64,000 nt of DNA from the human T2T-CHM13v2.0 reference genome, Homo sapiens. The notes beneath the pieces are model-generated. The model had not been told where the DNA came from, ran no database searches, and was given only the letters and a program-made list of their open reading frames with translations. Position numbers and translations under genes: made by a program. Below, piece after piece: positions 1 through 15,872 of this stretch (positions are counted from its first letter, which is position 1; every line of letters begins with the position of its first letter). The stretch lies in the NCBI RefSeq assembly GCF_009914755.1, contig NC_060935.1, one strand, 5' to 3'.

Positions 1-239
1 AGTTAGTGTATATTATGTAAGACCTACAGCAGAGTTTGGGGCAATAACTTCTGAGCAAAAAACATTCAGATTTCTATAACAAATATTTATCTTAAGTGGG
101 ATAAGTGAAGCCTACAAAGAAACTCAGGGCAGGTCAGGTTTTGCTACCAAATGAGTTATGAAAAAATCTTTTAGTATTCAGAGCTTTTTGGATTTCAAAA
201 CTGCATTTTGTTGATTTATAGTGATAATAGAGATGACGA

Positions 240-475
240 TAAATAATAACCCAGTTGCATTTAACAAATATTTTCATTGTGTCAGGGTCTCTAAGTGCTT
301 GGCATCTATTTTCTTACTTGTTCTGTAACAGTCTTGTGAGGTGGGTAGTATTGTTTTCCTTTTAGTGATGAAGAAAATGAAGCTCAGAGATATTAAGAAA
401 CTTTCCCCAGAGGACGCAGCCATTAAATGGCAAACCTAGGATTTGAACCTATATTCATCTGATTGCAAAGCCTAT
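240..475 (-). mobile_element. MIR SINE
   Basis: Reverse MIR core: gaagaaaatgaagctcagagatattaagaaactttccccag...ggatttgaacc. Confidence 0.75.
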
Positions 476-1630
476 GCTGGTAAAAATCAATCAGTGTTTT
501 TCCCTGCATAGTAGAGGTTGCCTCACCTTAGAGTCAGAGACTTTGTCTTGTGGATGATAGAACATTTGCCAGGCTATTTTAGCCCCATGATTTGAGCTGG
601 GCTGGAAGTGTCCTAAACTGACCAGTAGTTGTGCCATATAAAGGGATAAGAGGTCAGTGGGAGTGGATGATGGATGGCATAAACCTGGCCATTGCAATAT
701 GAGCATGCTGGCTGTATTGACACGAGGCTGACCCAGACAGACTTTGACCTTAGTTTGATCTCCCACCATTCAAGAAAAGCTTCCTTCAGCTTCAAATGGC
801 CTTACTTGGAGCTCAGCTGTACAGAAAGGGTAAGTGAGCTGTCTAGGCCCAGACCAGGCCTCATCTCTGTGTGTGTGACGTCTATTGTTTGGGTAGAGTA
901 CTACAGAAAAAAAAAAAATCCTAATGAGCCTTAATATGGGAGGAAATGGCCATCCTAAAAATAACGCCAGGCTCTGTGGAGTAATGACATCATTAGGCAA
1001 CTCCAGCCTAGAGGGATTCTAAGCACTTTTGACTAGACATTTTATTTCAGCACAAGATGTATCAAGTAGATCTATTATGCTTGTCAGCCCAAGCCAGGGT
1101 TGCAAGGCAAGAATTAAGTGAAAGGCTCATGTGAAGGGCCATGACACTTCCTTTAATCACATTTTACATAATTGGAATAGTTGCTATTTCCAAATCTTTG
1201 GCTGGGCAGTCTTCATGACCACAACAAAACAGATCTGGGAAGAGAAGAAACTCTATCATCTGGAGAGGACCTGGCATTTTAACTTAATTCTAAGTCGTGG
1301 GGAGGAGAAGAGGCCTGGGGAACTGGATTAACCAAGAGCTGCTGACAAAGACGGAAGTAGATGTCATGGAGAATTCCTCGGCTCTGGGATTATCCTCCTC
1401 TTTTTGGCTGACAAGTGAGCAGAAGGTTTTCTACTTCCCATGGTTTTTTTCCCTAACAAGTTCCTAGGATCATGCATGAAATAACAAGGCTTTATCATCT
1501 TCTGTTTAGCTTTCTCTACTTGGCCATGAGCTCAGGGAGGCCAGGATTGGATTTATGCATTCCTTCCTCCCCAGCACTCAGCATAGTGCCTGGCGCGTAT
1601 TGTGATGCTCAATAACAATGTGTTGAATTA

Positions 1631-1720
1631 CTTTGGGAGGTCATGGCAGGAGGATTGCTTGAGCCCAGAAGTTCAAGACCAGCCTGGCAACATAGTGAGA
1701 CCCCCGTCTCAATTAAAAAA
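1631..1720 (+). mobile_element. 5'-truncated FLAM/Alu left monomer next to an L2 3' end
   Basis: ctttgggagg...aggattgcttgagcccagaagttcaagaccagcctggcaacatagtgagacc followed by an A-tail. Confidence 0.85.
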
Positions 1721-3872
1721 CTATATAGATCTAGATCTAGATTGTACATATATATATAAATTTAGATCAAATGCCCATGAATTAGTTTTGTAAATGGTGA
1801 GGGACTATTTTGTACATCTCTGTTTGTTCACTTGCAAGAGGTTATTATTAATGTATCGTAGCCCCAGGAATAGAAGGGGAAGCCGGTCCTTCTCCATCAG
1901 AGCAGTGAAATGTGCACTGGACTAGGGGCAAAGAGACCTGCATGCCATGGCTTCAGTCAAGTGGTTCTAACAACTCAGGGTCCCTTCATGTAAAGTAATG
2001 ATAAAAACTCTTAGTATCTCCTGGCTTCACAGAGGGACCAGCAGAATACATGACATTAAACCTGACTGTAGTATGGAGACAAATCAGCCTGCTATTAAAA
2101 CTCAGGCCTAAAGGTTCTTTCCCGTTTCCATTGCACTGGTCCTGGACCTCTCACGGGTTCATCTCCCTGAGGAAGCAGGGAAAGTGAGGGGTGACCACTC
2201 TTCATGTGGTCTGGCCACATGCCTGGCCATGCGCTTGTTTTTCCCCAGAACAAAATGTCTGTTTCAGCTCCCTCGTTCCCTCCCTCCCTTCTTTGCCCTC
2301 CTTTCACACTTGCAGTCCTCACTCAGCCTTCCCCTCTCTTTGCTCTGGCCCCCTGGGGCCTGTCATAATTAGAAAAGGAGGAAAGGGGGGAGCCATCCTA
2401 GCCCACCAGGGTTTTAGAGGGAGTTGGGACTACGTGCTGGGAACCCAGAGCTGCAAAGGTTTCAACGTCTTTCTTCCCTTTTAACCTGGGACTTTAGCAG
2501 GCCCTGTGCTAAAGTCTGGGAGGGGCCAAGGTAAGGCCAGGAACACATGGCTTTGCATGTGAATATGTACGTAGCAAAATGTGAGTATGTGCACATGTGT
2601 GTAAAGATGTGTATGGATGTGGGTATGGATTAATCATGTGTTGTGCTTCTGAAGCGAGAGCAACGCAGAAAAGGATTCTTTTTAATCCAGAAACTTTAAT
2701 CCATGTCATCTTTGGGGTACAAATTCTCTGGGGAATCTTTTTGTACTTACCCCTCTTTCTTTCCTCACCTCATTGCCCCCAGGCTCTCCATTCTACCTTA
2801 ACAAAAGGAAAGCAAAGTTTGGAGTAGATGGGGGAGGCCTCCCAATCCTTTCTCCCTCCCTCCAAACCAGGTGTTGGCTTGAGACGGCACCATAGTCGCT
2901 CGCAGGGGGTGGATGCTGGCTTCCCACCTTCTGCGGAGCCACACCACAGTCTCGCGCCTATGCTGGCATTTTCCTGAGCAATGCTGAGGGGATCATTAAT
3001 CTGTCTCCTTGCTATTTGTCTGTCCAGCCCAAGGGACAACTCTGGCCTATAAATCAGCTCAGTATGAAGTGGGAAAATAAAGAAAGGGATACAAGAAGGA
3101 GGAAAATAGCCATTGAGAAGCATACAGATCTGAGGTGTGAGACCCAGAAAGTGAAGGAAGAAGGAAGAACGCTCTTTTGAGGAAATGACATGGAGAAAAA
3201 ATTATACTAACATGGCAGGGCCAGATCTGGGACAAAGGAGATCTTGAATCTGGTCTTCAAGATGTTATTCTAAGCTTCTTGCTTTAGCTAATCTCTCTGG
3301 GCTACATCTAGGCCATCTGTTAAGGTGGGATCCCACCATGCACTCACTCAGCTTTGTGCATTCCTGGAAATTAGAGCATGTGCAAAGAAACAAAACAAAT
3401 TCATACATGCAAATTATTAAAACCTTACATATTTCCTCATGCAAATTAATTAATACAACGTACTCATGTTGAAGATTTCTAAGCAGCCCTGTAGGAACTG
3501 GGAGGCAATGCAGTCAGTGGGAAGGACATGGGCCTGGAATCCGGCCTCATAAGGATTCTCTCCAAGTCTCTGTCCAGTCTGTTAACTGTTGGCCAGCACC
3601 TCAGTTTCCTCATTCTTTAATATACTTCTGAACGCCAAACTTCTGCACTGATGGAAGTTGTGACCACAGTGATATGAAGCACTCTCATTCCTCTCAGTGA
3701 GGCTTCCACATCTTGGCAATCATTCACAGGCACCTCAGCTTGAAGGGAGAAAGGGCTGCCTCAGTGTGGGCCATCACTGTGGGTCCCAGCTACAGCCCAT
3801 TGCTTTCTAGGCCACATGGGCTTGACCAATCCCTTCTGGGACAAAGTCTGCTCTAGGGGCATTGATATTTGC

Positions 3873-4600
3873 AGAGGCAGTTTGGTGGCTTAAAGAAGAG
3901 GTCCCCAACCCCAAGCAGGAGGTGAGTGGCTGGTGAAGCTTCATCTGTACTTATGTCCACTCCCCATTGCTTGCATTACCGCCTGAGCTCCACCTCCTGT
4001 CAGATTAGCCATGGCATTAGGTTCTCATAGGACCATGAACCCTATTGTGAACTGTGCATGTGAGGGATCAAGGCTGCATGCTTCTTATGAGAATCTAATG
4101 CCTGATGATCTGTCACTGTCTTTCATCATCCTCAGATGGGACCATCTAATTATAGGAAAACAAGCTCAGGGCTCCCACTGATTCTACATTATGGTGAGTT
4201 GTATAATCATTTCATTACATATTACAATGTAATCATAATATAAATTAAGTGCAAAATAAATGTAATGCACTTGAATCATCTCAAAACCCTCCCCTGCACC
4301 TCCAGTCTGTGGAAAAATTGTCTTCCACGAAAATGGTCCCTGGTACCAGAAAGGTTGGTGACCGCTGGCTTAAAGAGCTCAGGCTCTAGAAACAGATGGG
4401 CTTGGGTTTAAAGCCACTGGTGAACTATGTTGCCTCTGGGAAGATCCTGAGCCTGTTCTGAGGCCCTATAACCACATCTGTGAAATGGAACCACAACACC
4501 TGCCTTTTCTTGTGAGCATTAGGGATAGTGCATGGAGAGCACATAGGACAATTCCTGAAGAACAGAGACACTCAGTGAAGGACAACATTTACTATTATTG
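3873..4600 (+). mobile_element. MIR interrupted by MER1A
   Basis: MIR 5' part (gaggcagtttggtggcttaaag) resumes at 4376 (agctcaggctctagaaacag...ctgtgaaatgg...tgtgagcatta). Confidence 0.65.
3896..4367 (+). mobile_element. MER1A (hAT-Charlie MITE)
   Basis: TIR-like ends (aagaggtccccaacc ... ggttggtgaccgctg); body matches recalled MER1A; perfect 8-bp TSD GCTTAAAG at 3888-3895 and 4368-4375. Confidence 0.9.
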
Positions 4601-4644
4601 GACCACTGGAGTTGAAGACTGGAAAAGAGGATGAATGGGAATGA

Positions 4645-5105
<461 letters not shown>

Positions 5106-5419
5106 TGATATGTGCACACGTTTATGCACAAATGAGTGTGTACATGTGTGCATATAAATGTAGTTTTGAGTGAGTGTGTGAGTGTGTTTGTGCGTTGGGG
5201 TACTCACACTGACTAGTGCTCCAAATAGACTTTAGCTTTATTCATGCTTCTCTCTCCACCTGAAGTGTTCTTCTCTCCTTCCCTATCCTGTAAACTCCTT
5301 TTGATTTATCAAGATTCAACTAGTATCATCTCTCAAGCCATCCTTGAGCTCTTTGGGAAGAGTTGATCATTCTTCCCTGTGTTTTCCTCTGCTTTACTCT
5401 AATTAGAGTAAGCTGCAGG

Positions 5420-5670
5420 TGGAGGCATTAACTGTATGACCTCTAGACTCAGACGTTATAGGTTTGAATCTTGGCTCTTCGACTTGTAGCTGAGTGATCC
5501 CAGATCAGTTATCTGACCTTCGGAAGCCTTAATTTTCTTATCTATAATATGGAAATAATGGCGTCGTGCTCATAGGATTGATAGGTTTAAATAATACAAT
5601 GCATGTAGAGCATTTCACATGGCACCTGGTTTGTAATAAGTGCTCAGACTGTATCAATTATCATCATTAC
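5420..5670 (+). mobile_element. MIR SINE
   Basis: ggtttgaatcttggctct...ttttcttatctataatatggaaataat...cataggattg...gcatgtagagc...aataagtgctc. Confidence 0.75.
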
Positions 5671-5713
5671 TCTTACGAGTGTATTTGTCACATAGTATTA
5701 AAATATTAGAGGT

Positions 5714-5988
5714 GGCCAGACATGGTGGCTCACACCTGTAATCCCAGCACTTTGGGAAGGCAAGGTGGGTGGATCACCTAAGGTCAGGAGTTTGAAACCA
5801 GCCTGGCCAACATGACGTAACCCTGTCTCTACTGAAAATACAAAAATTAGCCAGGTGTGGTGGTGGGTGCCAGTAATCCCATTGCTCTGGAAGCTGAGGC
5901 AGGAGATTCACTTGAGCCTGGGAGGTACAGGTCACAATGAGTGAGATCGCGCCACTACACTCCAGACTGGGTGACAGAGCGAGACTGC

Positions 5989-5993
<5 letters not shown>
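5714..5993 (+). mobile_element. AluS (Sx-like)
   Basis: Full dimer ggccagacatggtggctcacacctgtaatcc...gagactgcgtctc; tail is (CT)n(AT)n. Confidence 0.95.
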
Positions 5994-6028
<35 letters not shown>

Positions 6029-6044
6029 GTATGTATATATATAT
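5991..6044. repeat. Compound (CT)n(AT)n microsatellite
   Basis: Read directly. Confidence 0.95.
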
Positions 6045-7500
6045 GGTTCATTTTCATATTTGTTTCCCCAAATCTGTGAACTCCCTGACCATAGACTCTT
6101 TCTCTAGCATCTATGCAGTAGCCTGACATCCAGTAGCAGTTTAGTAAACATAAAGTAGTACTACTTATCTCTTCTCTTCCCTATTTCTATTTTTTTTTCC
6201 CATCTTAGCCTCTCCAGACTCCCTTTTATGTTACCATCAGAAGGAAAACTTGAAGGCTAGAGAACAGCCTCATTCCCATACAAAAGACATCCTCAAGCAA
6301 CACATAAAGATCCACACTGTATCTATACTTGGCAGGCATTTGGCTTAGATTTATTACATCACCAAGGCTATTTTTTCCTGCAGTTGTATTCAATGGCCTC
6401 AATTGAAACACTAGAAAGCCTCTTCTGGACCATCAATGAGTCCAAGATCAAAACTTCTGGTAGGACAACACCCTACTGTTGCTGCTCCATAGAAAATACC
6501 CTCGGCCACCCTGGTCTACTCATTCCCCAAACATGCAACACCACGTGCAAAACCAGGTCCAGAAAGAGAAAAGGCCAGCTTGCCACAGAAAACTGACCCC
6601 CAGAAGTCACAGTGCAAAATACATACAAATAAATCATTGTATAGGACACAGGCTACCAGCCTCTTCAACTTGTTATCCTGCCTTTGTTTTCTCCCATCCC
6701 TCCTTTTCCTGAAGGGATCTGAACTGGAGGCTCAGGCACATCCTAGTTTCTAAGGCAGTCATGATTGGGGCAGGGACTTCAGTGCAATCATCTGGTGAGG
6801 ATGAGAACTAAGTTATGTTCTCTGACACTCAGGATTTGGTGTGCTTGGATGAGCACTGGGTACCCAAGAAACCTCCTAGTCAGGGCATTTCCTATGCTTC
6901 TACTATTATTCAATCCATAGGCCAAGACTTCTGCTTTGATGCACCACTCTGTAATTTTCTCCCACTCTATAATTTTCTGGGCTCTCTGTCTGGTATTACT
7001 AAGCCCCTTGCAGCTGGGACCGCTGCTCTGAAACTCATCAATGATGGGGTCTCTGGGAGGCCATCTGCTTCTTATCTGTCTTTCTTCCTGGGATTGGTTG
7101 CATCTCTACATCCCTTTGCCCATTGCAAGGGGCTTGCCGTACATGGATGGAACATGGATGCTGTATCCCCTTCCCTTTGGCCTCACCTCATCTCATCTTT
7201 TGAACTTCTCAGACCTGTGTTTGGCTTTGCCCAATTTTGTATAGGCAACAAGCATATACATACTAGACTCATTGGGCCCACCCCAAGGTCCCAGCCAGTA
7301 AAATTTGGCTAATTGCTCCCAAAGCACTGAGGACTACATGAAGCAGTGTAAAAGTTGTATGGCTATCTTCATTGTTCCTTGTAAGGATAGGTTAAGCTGC
7401 CATTCCTAAGCAGGTTTGGCTGGGCATGCATTCATGCTGGGAAGGGAAGAGGTGTGAAAGGTGGTAGCTGAAGAGCAATGTAGACTATAGGGAGGCCTGG

Positions 7501-7716
7501 TGTATTAATCAGAGTTCTCCAGAGAAGCAGAACCCATAGGATATATAGAGAAATATAAGAGGAGATTTATTATGGGAATTGGCTGACACAATTGTGGAAG
7601 CAAGAAGTCCCACAACCTGCCATCTGTGAGCTGGAGAACCAGAAAAACTGGTGGTGTAATTCAGCCTGAGTCTGAAGGCCTATGAACCAGGAGCTCCTGT
7701 ATTTGAGGGCAGGAAA
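7501..7716 (-). mobile_element. Partial MLT2 (ERVL) LTR, duplicate of 8329-8545
   Basis: tgtattaatcagagttctccagagaagcagaac...; about 90% identical to the downstream LTR. Confidence 0.85.
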
Positions 7717-7769
7717 ATACACATGAGTGTGTATTCGTGCACATAAGTGTGAAAGAGAGACGAAGAGAA

Positions 7770-8328
7770 ATTCAGTTTGAGATGTGTTCAAAGTCAGGTG
7801 CTTATAGAGTATACCCAGAGAGTTTCCAGTAAGAGATTAGATCTACAGTGATAGAACTCAAGGGAGAAACCTGGGTTACAGACATAGACTTGGGAATCAT
7901 CGAGACCCCTAAGGTCATTGAATCCATGAGTCTGCCTAGGAAGATAGTGCAGAATGAGAAGGGGGAGCTGAGTCTTGAGCCTGGAAGATTCCCAATATTT
8001 ATGCTGTAGGCAGTGGAAAATGAGCTGCCATGGAGTCTGAGAAGAAGTACAAAGAAAACCTGAGAAATGTAGCCTTTCCAAAGCCAAGGGAGGAAAGAAT
8101 TTCAAGAAAGAGGAATGATGAATAAGATAAGGGCTGAAAAGTGTCCATGGGCTTTAGTCACAGACATCACTGGTGATTTAGGAAAGAGATGTTTCAGTTT
8201 GGGGCAAAAGTCAAACTGGTGTGGATTTTGGAGTAAGAAGGTGAGGACATTTTTAAAAAGCTGGCTGGGAAGGGAAGAGGTGTGGAAGGTGGTAGCTGAA
8301 GAGCAATGTAGCCTACAGGGAGGCCTGG
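7770..8328 (-). mobile_element. L2 LINE fragment
   Basis: ttcagtttgagatgtg...gacatagacttgggaatcatc...aaagccaagggaggaaagaatttcaagaaagagg, typical antisense L2. Confidence 0.65.
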
Positions 8329-8808
8329 TGTGTTAGTCAGGGTTCTTCAAAGAAGCAGAACCAATAGATATATACAGAGATATAAGAGGAGATTTATTAT
8401 GGGAATTGGCTGACACAATTATGAAAGCAAGAAGTCCCGCAACCTGCCATCTGTGAGCTGGAGAACTAGGAAAACTGGTGGTGTAATTCAGTCTGAGTCT
8501 GAAGGCCTGCAAACCAGGAGCTCCTCTATTTGGGGGCAGGAGAAGATAGCTGTCTCAACTCAAGAAGAGAGAGAGAATTGACCCTTTCTCTGCCTTTTGT
8601 TTGTTTGTTTGTTTGTTTGTTGTTTTTCTATTTGGACCCTCAACAGATTAAATGGTGCCTGCTCACAAGTTGGTGAGGACAGATCTTTACTCAGTCTAAT
8701 GATTCAAATGCTAACCTCTTCCAGAAACACCCTAACCCAGAATAATGTTTTACCGGCTATCTGGGCATCCCTTAATCCAGTCGAGTTGCTACAAAATTAA
8801 CCATCACA
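8329..8808 (-). mobile_element. MLT2 (ERVL) solo LTR
   Basis: Starts tgtgttagtcagggttct and ends aaaattaaccatcaca (reverse complement of TGTGATGGTTAATTTT). Confidence 0.9.
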
Positions 8809-8930
8809 GTCTGCTTGATTGTTTTCTTTTTAATGGAAGAGACTTTAGTGTATGTGATTCTTCAAGGAAAGTAGACAGGAAGAGTTAAGTATCGAGGTTA
8901 GAGAGGGGATTCATGATAAAGAGAAATTCC

Positions 8931-9233
8931 TTTTTTTCTTTTTGGAGATAGGGATCTCACTGTGTTGCTCAGCCTGGAGTGCAGTGGTGCAATCAGCTCT
9001 CTGCAGACTTGAACTCCTAAGTTCAAGTCATCCTCCTGTCTCAGCCTCCCAAGTAGCTGTGACCACAGACATGTGACACCACACTAGGCTAATTCTTTTT
9101 TTTTTTTTTAATTTTTAGGGATGAGGTCTCTCCACATTACCCAGACGGGTCTCAGACTCCCGGGCTCAAGCAATCCTTCTGCCTCAGTCTCCCAAGTAGC
9201 TGGTATCACAGGTGCATGCCACTATGCCTGGCT
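8931..9233 (-). mobile_element. AluJ-type element
   Basis: Diverged dimer with two T-runs. Confidence 0.9.
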
Positions 9234-10403
9234 AATGAAGAGAAATGTGATGCTGAGCACAGGTGGAAACACGAGCTTTCGACAGGAGAGGGACCCCTCT
9301 TCACCTTTAGACTAGATCTAGCAACCACCTATTAGAGAGAATGACCAGAAGGATGTCAGGTGGCAGATCAGTGGCCTACACTCTTAACGTTTGGCAGAGA
9401 TAATCCACACAGACAAATTAGAGTTGCCTGAACTTGAAATATCTAAAATAATAAAACTCTCAAAGTGGCATTTCAGGGACTCTGACACACATCCGCAGTG
9501 ACCCATGATGGTACAGGAGGGGTTGCCAGTGACCCTGAAATGCTACTGTATGGTGCCTGCCTAGTGCTAATGGGAGATGGAACTCTTGCCTGAAGAACAG
9601 GCCCACTGGGGAGGTGCTGCCCTCCCAGGGGTGCTGGGCAGGGGTCTTCCCTTTGGGGACTGATTGCAAGGTTCCTCTGACAGGGCCTTTCCTTGCCCAC
9701 TACCATTTTTCTTCATTATTTCTGCTATGTCACCCGTCATGTTGTCAGTTTCCTCTCAGAACGGCGATAAATGGCGCCTCTCATGTGCTGTCCTTAGGGG
9801 ACACCTGTTATTTATTTCCATGATGGGCAAGATGCCATGGCTAATTAAGAAAAATTGTGGGCTGTCCACAGCCAATCCATAGTTGCCTGTCAGCTCAGCC
9901 CTACAGTCCTTCACCCCACATTGGAGCCATTTTCCCCACTGAGAGCTTTTGGGGGTCAGGAGATGAGAAACAATGGACGCCCCTCCCTTCCTTCATCCCT
10001 GAAAAGTTCCACACCCCATTTCCTGCTAAAGTACATGGGAATCGTAGGCCTATGCTGGAGGCCTCTTCCAAGCCTCAGACCCCGGAGGGCAGGGGGAAGT
10101 CAATCAGGGCCTTTCCTTCTGTTCACCCTAAGAACCCTGGAGACACGGCCAGCAGAGGAGTGTTCCCTCCCTCGTGACCTGGCAGGGAAAGAAAGGCAGG
10201 TTTCTGGCCAGGGCCACACAGACACAATGACCTAGAAAAACGAAATGACACCTTGCTCCTGCACAGGTTACCTGACTCAGCCTAGTCTCGGCTTCTCTAA
10301 ACAATAGATGTTGCCGGCTGCACCTTCTGGAGTCCCCAGATTTCCAGGCCCTGTAAAAAGTGGTAGAAAGTTGGTGTGTGGGAGTCGGGGGAGAACCTAC
10401 TCA

Positions 10404-11125
<722 letters not shown>

Positions 11126-13649
11126 TGAAGAGTTTCTTACCTAAGGGGGTGTCATACTTCTGGGAGGATATGAGTGGAGGCTTGCCCAGGACAGGAGAAT
11201 TGCCTGGATATTTCCTGTGCTCTTGAGACCCTGGATATTTTGAAATTCTTTGCGGGAATTTTCTTATAACTTCAGATGCCCAGGTGGTATTCTTTATAGT
11301 CCTGACAAAAGAGGCAAAAGGCATAGGGGAAGGGAGAGAGGCAGGTGTGACTGGCCTTGGGAAAGCTTTGGCTGAAGATTGGATCAGCGATTTGTGCCCT
11401 AAATGAAGGCTGGGGAAACCTGAGTCCGGTGCCTGGAACTGCGATATCACTCATCATGACTTCTCCCTCTGTCTGGCTTGCACGACTTCCAGCCCTCCCT
11501 GCTGGTCAGGCTATCAGAGCACTGCCCGAGAAGAAATTACATTGTACTCAGAGACGCGATAACTTCAGAGCAGCCTGTTTTCTTCACACTGGGACACAGT
11601 GCAGCCTCCCCCTTTTGTCTCCACTTTGATTCACATTGTACCTATTTTAACACACAGTCCAGGACAAAAGTCCAGTGTGTGTGACTCCCTCCTCCAGCTC
11701 ACCCTCTGGTGCTGCTCCCTGCCCACATCGGCAGAGATAGGCACACCCTGCAGTGATGTGATCTGGGGTTGACATCCTAAGGACACGACTGCTTCAGGAA
11801 TTGCAGATGTTCCCATTAAAACCAGCAGGGCTAATCTGAGCACAAGTTGCTGTAATGCTGAAGGAAATAACAGTTTGCTGGGTTTCTCTGACTCCCCAGG
11901 TCCAGGAAAGAGAACATTTACAGGGAGGAAAAGGAACAAAGAAGAGAAAGGAAAGGAAGTCTACACACATGGCTGTGTGGTTTTGGCCCTTATTTCACCC
12001 AGACGAGGCCAGTGGCGATTGCATACTGTTTTCTGCACAACCAGATCTGCACCTAGTCTTATAGCTGCACAGTTTTGTGGGCAGACACAACTTCTAGACA
12101 TCACCGGGAAACCACAGGAGGAACCTTGTGTTCTAGATCCATCTGGGGGATGAGGGTTACCCCCAGCCAAGTCCAGACCAGCCTGGGTTCTGTTGCCTTG
12201 GGTGGAGGGTCCCACGGGCCGGGGGAGGATGCTCAGGCAGCAGGGAAAGACAGATGGGAAAGAAGCCCTTTATCATCCCTGGATATCTAGACCTTTTGAA
12301 ACATTCGGTCACTATTTTTTGTTTTTTTGGTTTTTTTTTAGGCAATGCTGTCTCTGAGCATTGGCCAGTTCTTGAAAGGTCGGCTGTTAGGGTGAGCAGG
12401 ATTTGCAGAAAACAAAGGGAAAGAAGTATACTAAAGAAAACAATACAGAGACTCAACAAGACTTGAAAACTCTAGAAATCTGAAACTCATCTGGCAGACT
12501 TGAGACTGTGACTCTCATCATGAAGAGTTTATGGCAGAGCAAACACAGAGTGCAGTGGGATAGGGAAGGCGGACATAGTAGAGTCCCTTTCAGCTCCCAT
12601 CCAGTCCAGAGTGAGCACCCTCAGCTCACCCAGGCTGTAGAGTGAGCCCCATGGGGTGACTGCAGCTCTGCCTGGCTCTGCCATGGTCTGAGCCCTTGGG
12701 ATCCCAGCTGCCTGTTCCAGCCACACTCAACTCATAGGCAGCTCTGACAATAGCTTTTCCCACAGGATCAGCCCCCTTCAGAGATGACTTCTCAGTCTCT
12801 ATGAGGACTTGTGTGTGTTAAAGGGCACACAGTCTGTAATATAGGTATAAATGCAGCATCTACTTCGGCAGAGTTTTTCTGAATCTCCATAATTCTGGAT
12901 ACATTTTCTCCAGGATTGGGATTCTCCATCCAGGTCTCTCATTACTTCTGTCTTGAAATCTATATTCTTCTTTTCTCAATTCAGTCCATTTCAGAGAGCA
13001 GATGATATTTAAACTGGGCCTTAACATGTGTCTAAGAGTTCACCAGGCAGATGGCATTTGCTGTTGCATTCACTCACAAGCATTCGTGCCTGATTCTGAA
13101 TGCCAAGCACGGTGCAAGCATTGGGTTTACAAAGACGAGGTCACTGACTTCAAGGAAGATACAATTTAATGCAGGAGACAGACATAGAAATAATTAACTA
13201 TGATAGAAAGCTGAATGGAATAAGGGCTAAATAGCAGCATTTGAAATGACTTCTGCCTTGAGATTCAATCTGCTGCTGTCTGAGTCTAGGCTGAGCCCCT
13301 GGCTACCTGAGAAGTGTGTCTATTGTCCTCTACCTCTTCTGAACTAACTCAATATAAGTCAACCTTTTATTTCTTCCTCTGAATGTCTGCCCTATTCCTC
13401 CTGCGAAGAATGCCTTGATGTAGACTTCTTTCAACCAAATAACAATAATGATCAATTTCTGAATGCCCAGTGATTCACAAATATCTTTGGGCCTTGGAGA
13501 AGTCATCGTATTAATAAGTGTGAGAACCTGGATTTACATCCCAGTGTGTGGAATCTTAAGTGCTCTTACTACTACGTCATCATATTCCCTTATAAGTTGA
13601 ATTTGGGGTTGAATTGAACTACTCAACACCAATTTGGAATGAGATGGGG

Positions 13650-13674
13650 TGAATATATATATATATATATATAT
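13650..13674. repeat. (AT)n microsatellite
   Basis: Read directly. Confidence 0.9.
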
Positions 13675-13924
13675 TTTTAATCTCATTTAATCCTTGCAGC
13701 AATCTTATGAGTTCACGATGATATATACTTTCTTGGAAGTATAGAGACGTATCTTGTTTAAAATTAAGAGTGATAGTAATACTGGACAATTCCATAGTGC
13801 TTTAAATTTTCCAAAGATCTTGCACACACATTATATCATCTCATCCACTTAACCACTTACATATACAGTCAGACGGCACCAACATTAGTTACCCCAAATA
13901 TATCATCTATTCAAATAACTCATT

Positions 13925-14432
<508 letters not shown>

Positions 14433-14559
14433 ACTAAGAAGGATTCCTTCTGCTATTTTTTGAGCCAGGTGTCCTAGCTATAAGGAGTCAACTTTTTATC
14501 CCAGTTCCTAGCTAGCTGAAAAATCCAAAGCTTGTATGTTTGACTTATGTCTTAGGTGT

Positions 14560-15570
<1,011 letters not shown>

Positions 15571-15872
15571 TAGTAGCTGTTTCTTACAAACCAATAAATA
15601 AAAGAACATCTTTATAGAATAAAATGGACAAAGTAAACAAAACCACAATTTTCAAAGGGAGAAATACAAGGAACAATTAACAAAAAATTAACAAATAAAA
15701 ACTGAAATTCTTTTGAAATAATGATAAAATAAATGGGCAAAATGAAAAACAATGCTATTTTGTATTCTTGGTAAGGGTTTGGGAAAACTAATATTCTCGT
15801 CCATTGTTGGTGAAGAACATACATTGGTACAATCTTTCTTTTGAGGACAATTTGACCAAATGTATGAGCAAC

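Noticed and set aside
822-838. Strong splice donor AAGG|GTAAGT and other isolated splice-like sites (e.g. acceptor near 6383)
   Set aside because: No consistent exon chain can be built; lncRNA exons cannot be inferred without RNA data
2880-3060. Small CpG cluster, CTCF-like ctcgcagggggtgg and TATA-like ctataaat
   Set aside because: Too short for a CpG island and motif matches are partial; not supportable as a promoter
6944-6978. 17-bp tandem repeat ccactct(g/a)taattttct
   Set aside because: Ordinary two-copy slippage duplication
6815-7312. 165-aa ORF in unique sequence
   Set aside because: No recognisable homology on either strand and no poly-A/TSD of a processed pseudogene; a BLASTX or PhyloCSF signal would be needed
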